A DNA stretch of 64,000 nucleotides, taken from NCBI GenBank assembly GCA_030704615.1, contig CM060732.1:55986001-56050000 (forward strand), read 5' to 3'. Position 1 is the first letter of the stretch. Each line of letters opens with the position of its first letter. This document shows, in pieces, positions 63,280-64,000 of the stretch. Below the pieces are notes generated by a model that saw nothing but the letters and a program-made list of their open reading frames with translations, had not been told where the DNA came from and ran no database searches. The position numbers and the translations under genes were made by a program. Origin of the DNA: Takakia lepidozioides. Lineage: Eukaryota > Plantae > Bryophyta.

Positions 63280-64000
63280 ACAAGACCTCAATTGCCGTAC
63301 CCTTGTGGCCATAGACCTCACACCCAGTTTGGGCTGAACAAAAGGGAGCAGAAACTACCTTTGTGAGGGGAGAAATGGGTACTTTATAAAGTCCGCAGAA
63401 AGCCCAAAGAGTTCATGGGACAAAAGGAAAAACAAGAAAGAAGAATGAGCCACCCAAAGAGAGAGCCAAAAGCAGCCCAAAAGCAACTACTGTTCAAGGG
63501 ACTGTCTTGGGGTCAAGGCCTCAAGGCTCATGCAGAGAGATTGTACTCATAAGACGTTGTTTGCCGTAGCCTTGTGGCCATTGACCCCGCGCCCAGTTTG
63601 AGCGGAAACAAAAGGGACAGAACCTACCTCTGTCAGGGGCTGACGTTGGTAGTAAGACTTACCTTCATATATAGAATTAATCCGGGTTTTCCAGATATCC
63701 TCTACAAATCCCTTCACACAAGCATCAATCTGCTGTGTGTGATTTGCCCAAAAACTAGGCCTCAGGAGGGCCTGGGCTTTTGGCTCAGCCTGGAGACTTT
63801 CAAAGTTGGTAAACAGGGGTACAGGCACAATTCCCTTGATAGATTTGAAGAGAGCGTCTCTTTGGTGAGAGAACCCCGGACAGTGTATCAGAAAATGATT
63901 ACTGTCTTCAGGTTGCCCACACAACGGGCAATTGCACTCTCTGCTTCTGTTTGCTGTTCAAAGGTAGGCTTCCTGCCCTGAGTTTAAATTTCAGTCTAGT
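62640..64000 (-). mobile_element. Stack of at least five 3' ends of the same LINE family, with (CT)n tails
   Basis: 63540-64000 is nearly identical to 31640-32100. Shorter 3' ends lie near 63290-63370, 63190-63215, 62960-63150, 62693-62910 and 62648-62675, with (GA)n runs at 62920-62960 and 63245-63276. Confidence 0.9.

Overview
Eukaryotic nuclear DNA, probably from a non-seed land plant (inferred from the PLS-DYW PPR style, a Replitron relic, Tf1/Tcn1-like chromoviruses and some 60-80 nt introns). Four genes look intact: a two-exon mini ASR (ABA/WDS) gene at 7444-8330 (+), a PLS-E-DYW PPR editing factor at 11184-15035 (-), a three-exon orphan membrane/coiled-coil gene at 19352-20038 (-), and a head-to-head 17-exon ABCB27/ALS1-type half ABC transporter at 20423-28283 (+). 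The window also holds the last exon of an aldo-keto reductase, a KIN17 pseudogene, a pseudogenised duplicate of the PPR region (32.1-38.6 kb), a cluster of decayed PPR fragments (50.8-59.3 kb) and many nested transposons. The best lead is invisible in the ORF track: after splicing, the DYW editing factor carries an N-terminal PDF motif (the ssDNA-binding module of OSB proteins), and a second decayed PDF-PPR junction lies at 58.5 kb. Other leads are a structured 3'-terminal RNA motif of a Dualen/RandI-like retrotransposon that also inserted alone as a 79-bp unit, a self-priming PBS, a LINE that stacks into its own (CT)n tails, a Replitron foldback, and a palindrome-bearing tandem array inside a Mutator-like element. 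All alignments and gene models were made by eye; no searches were run.
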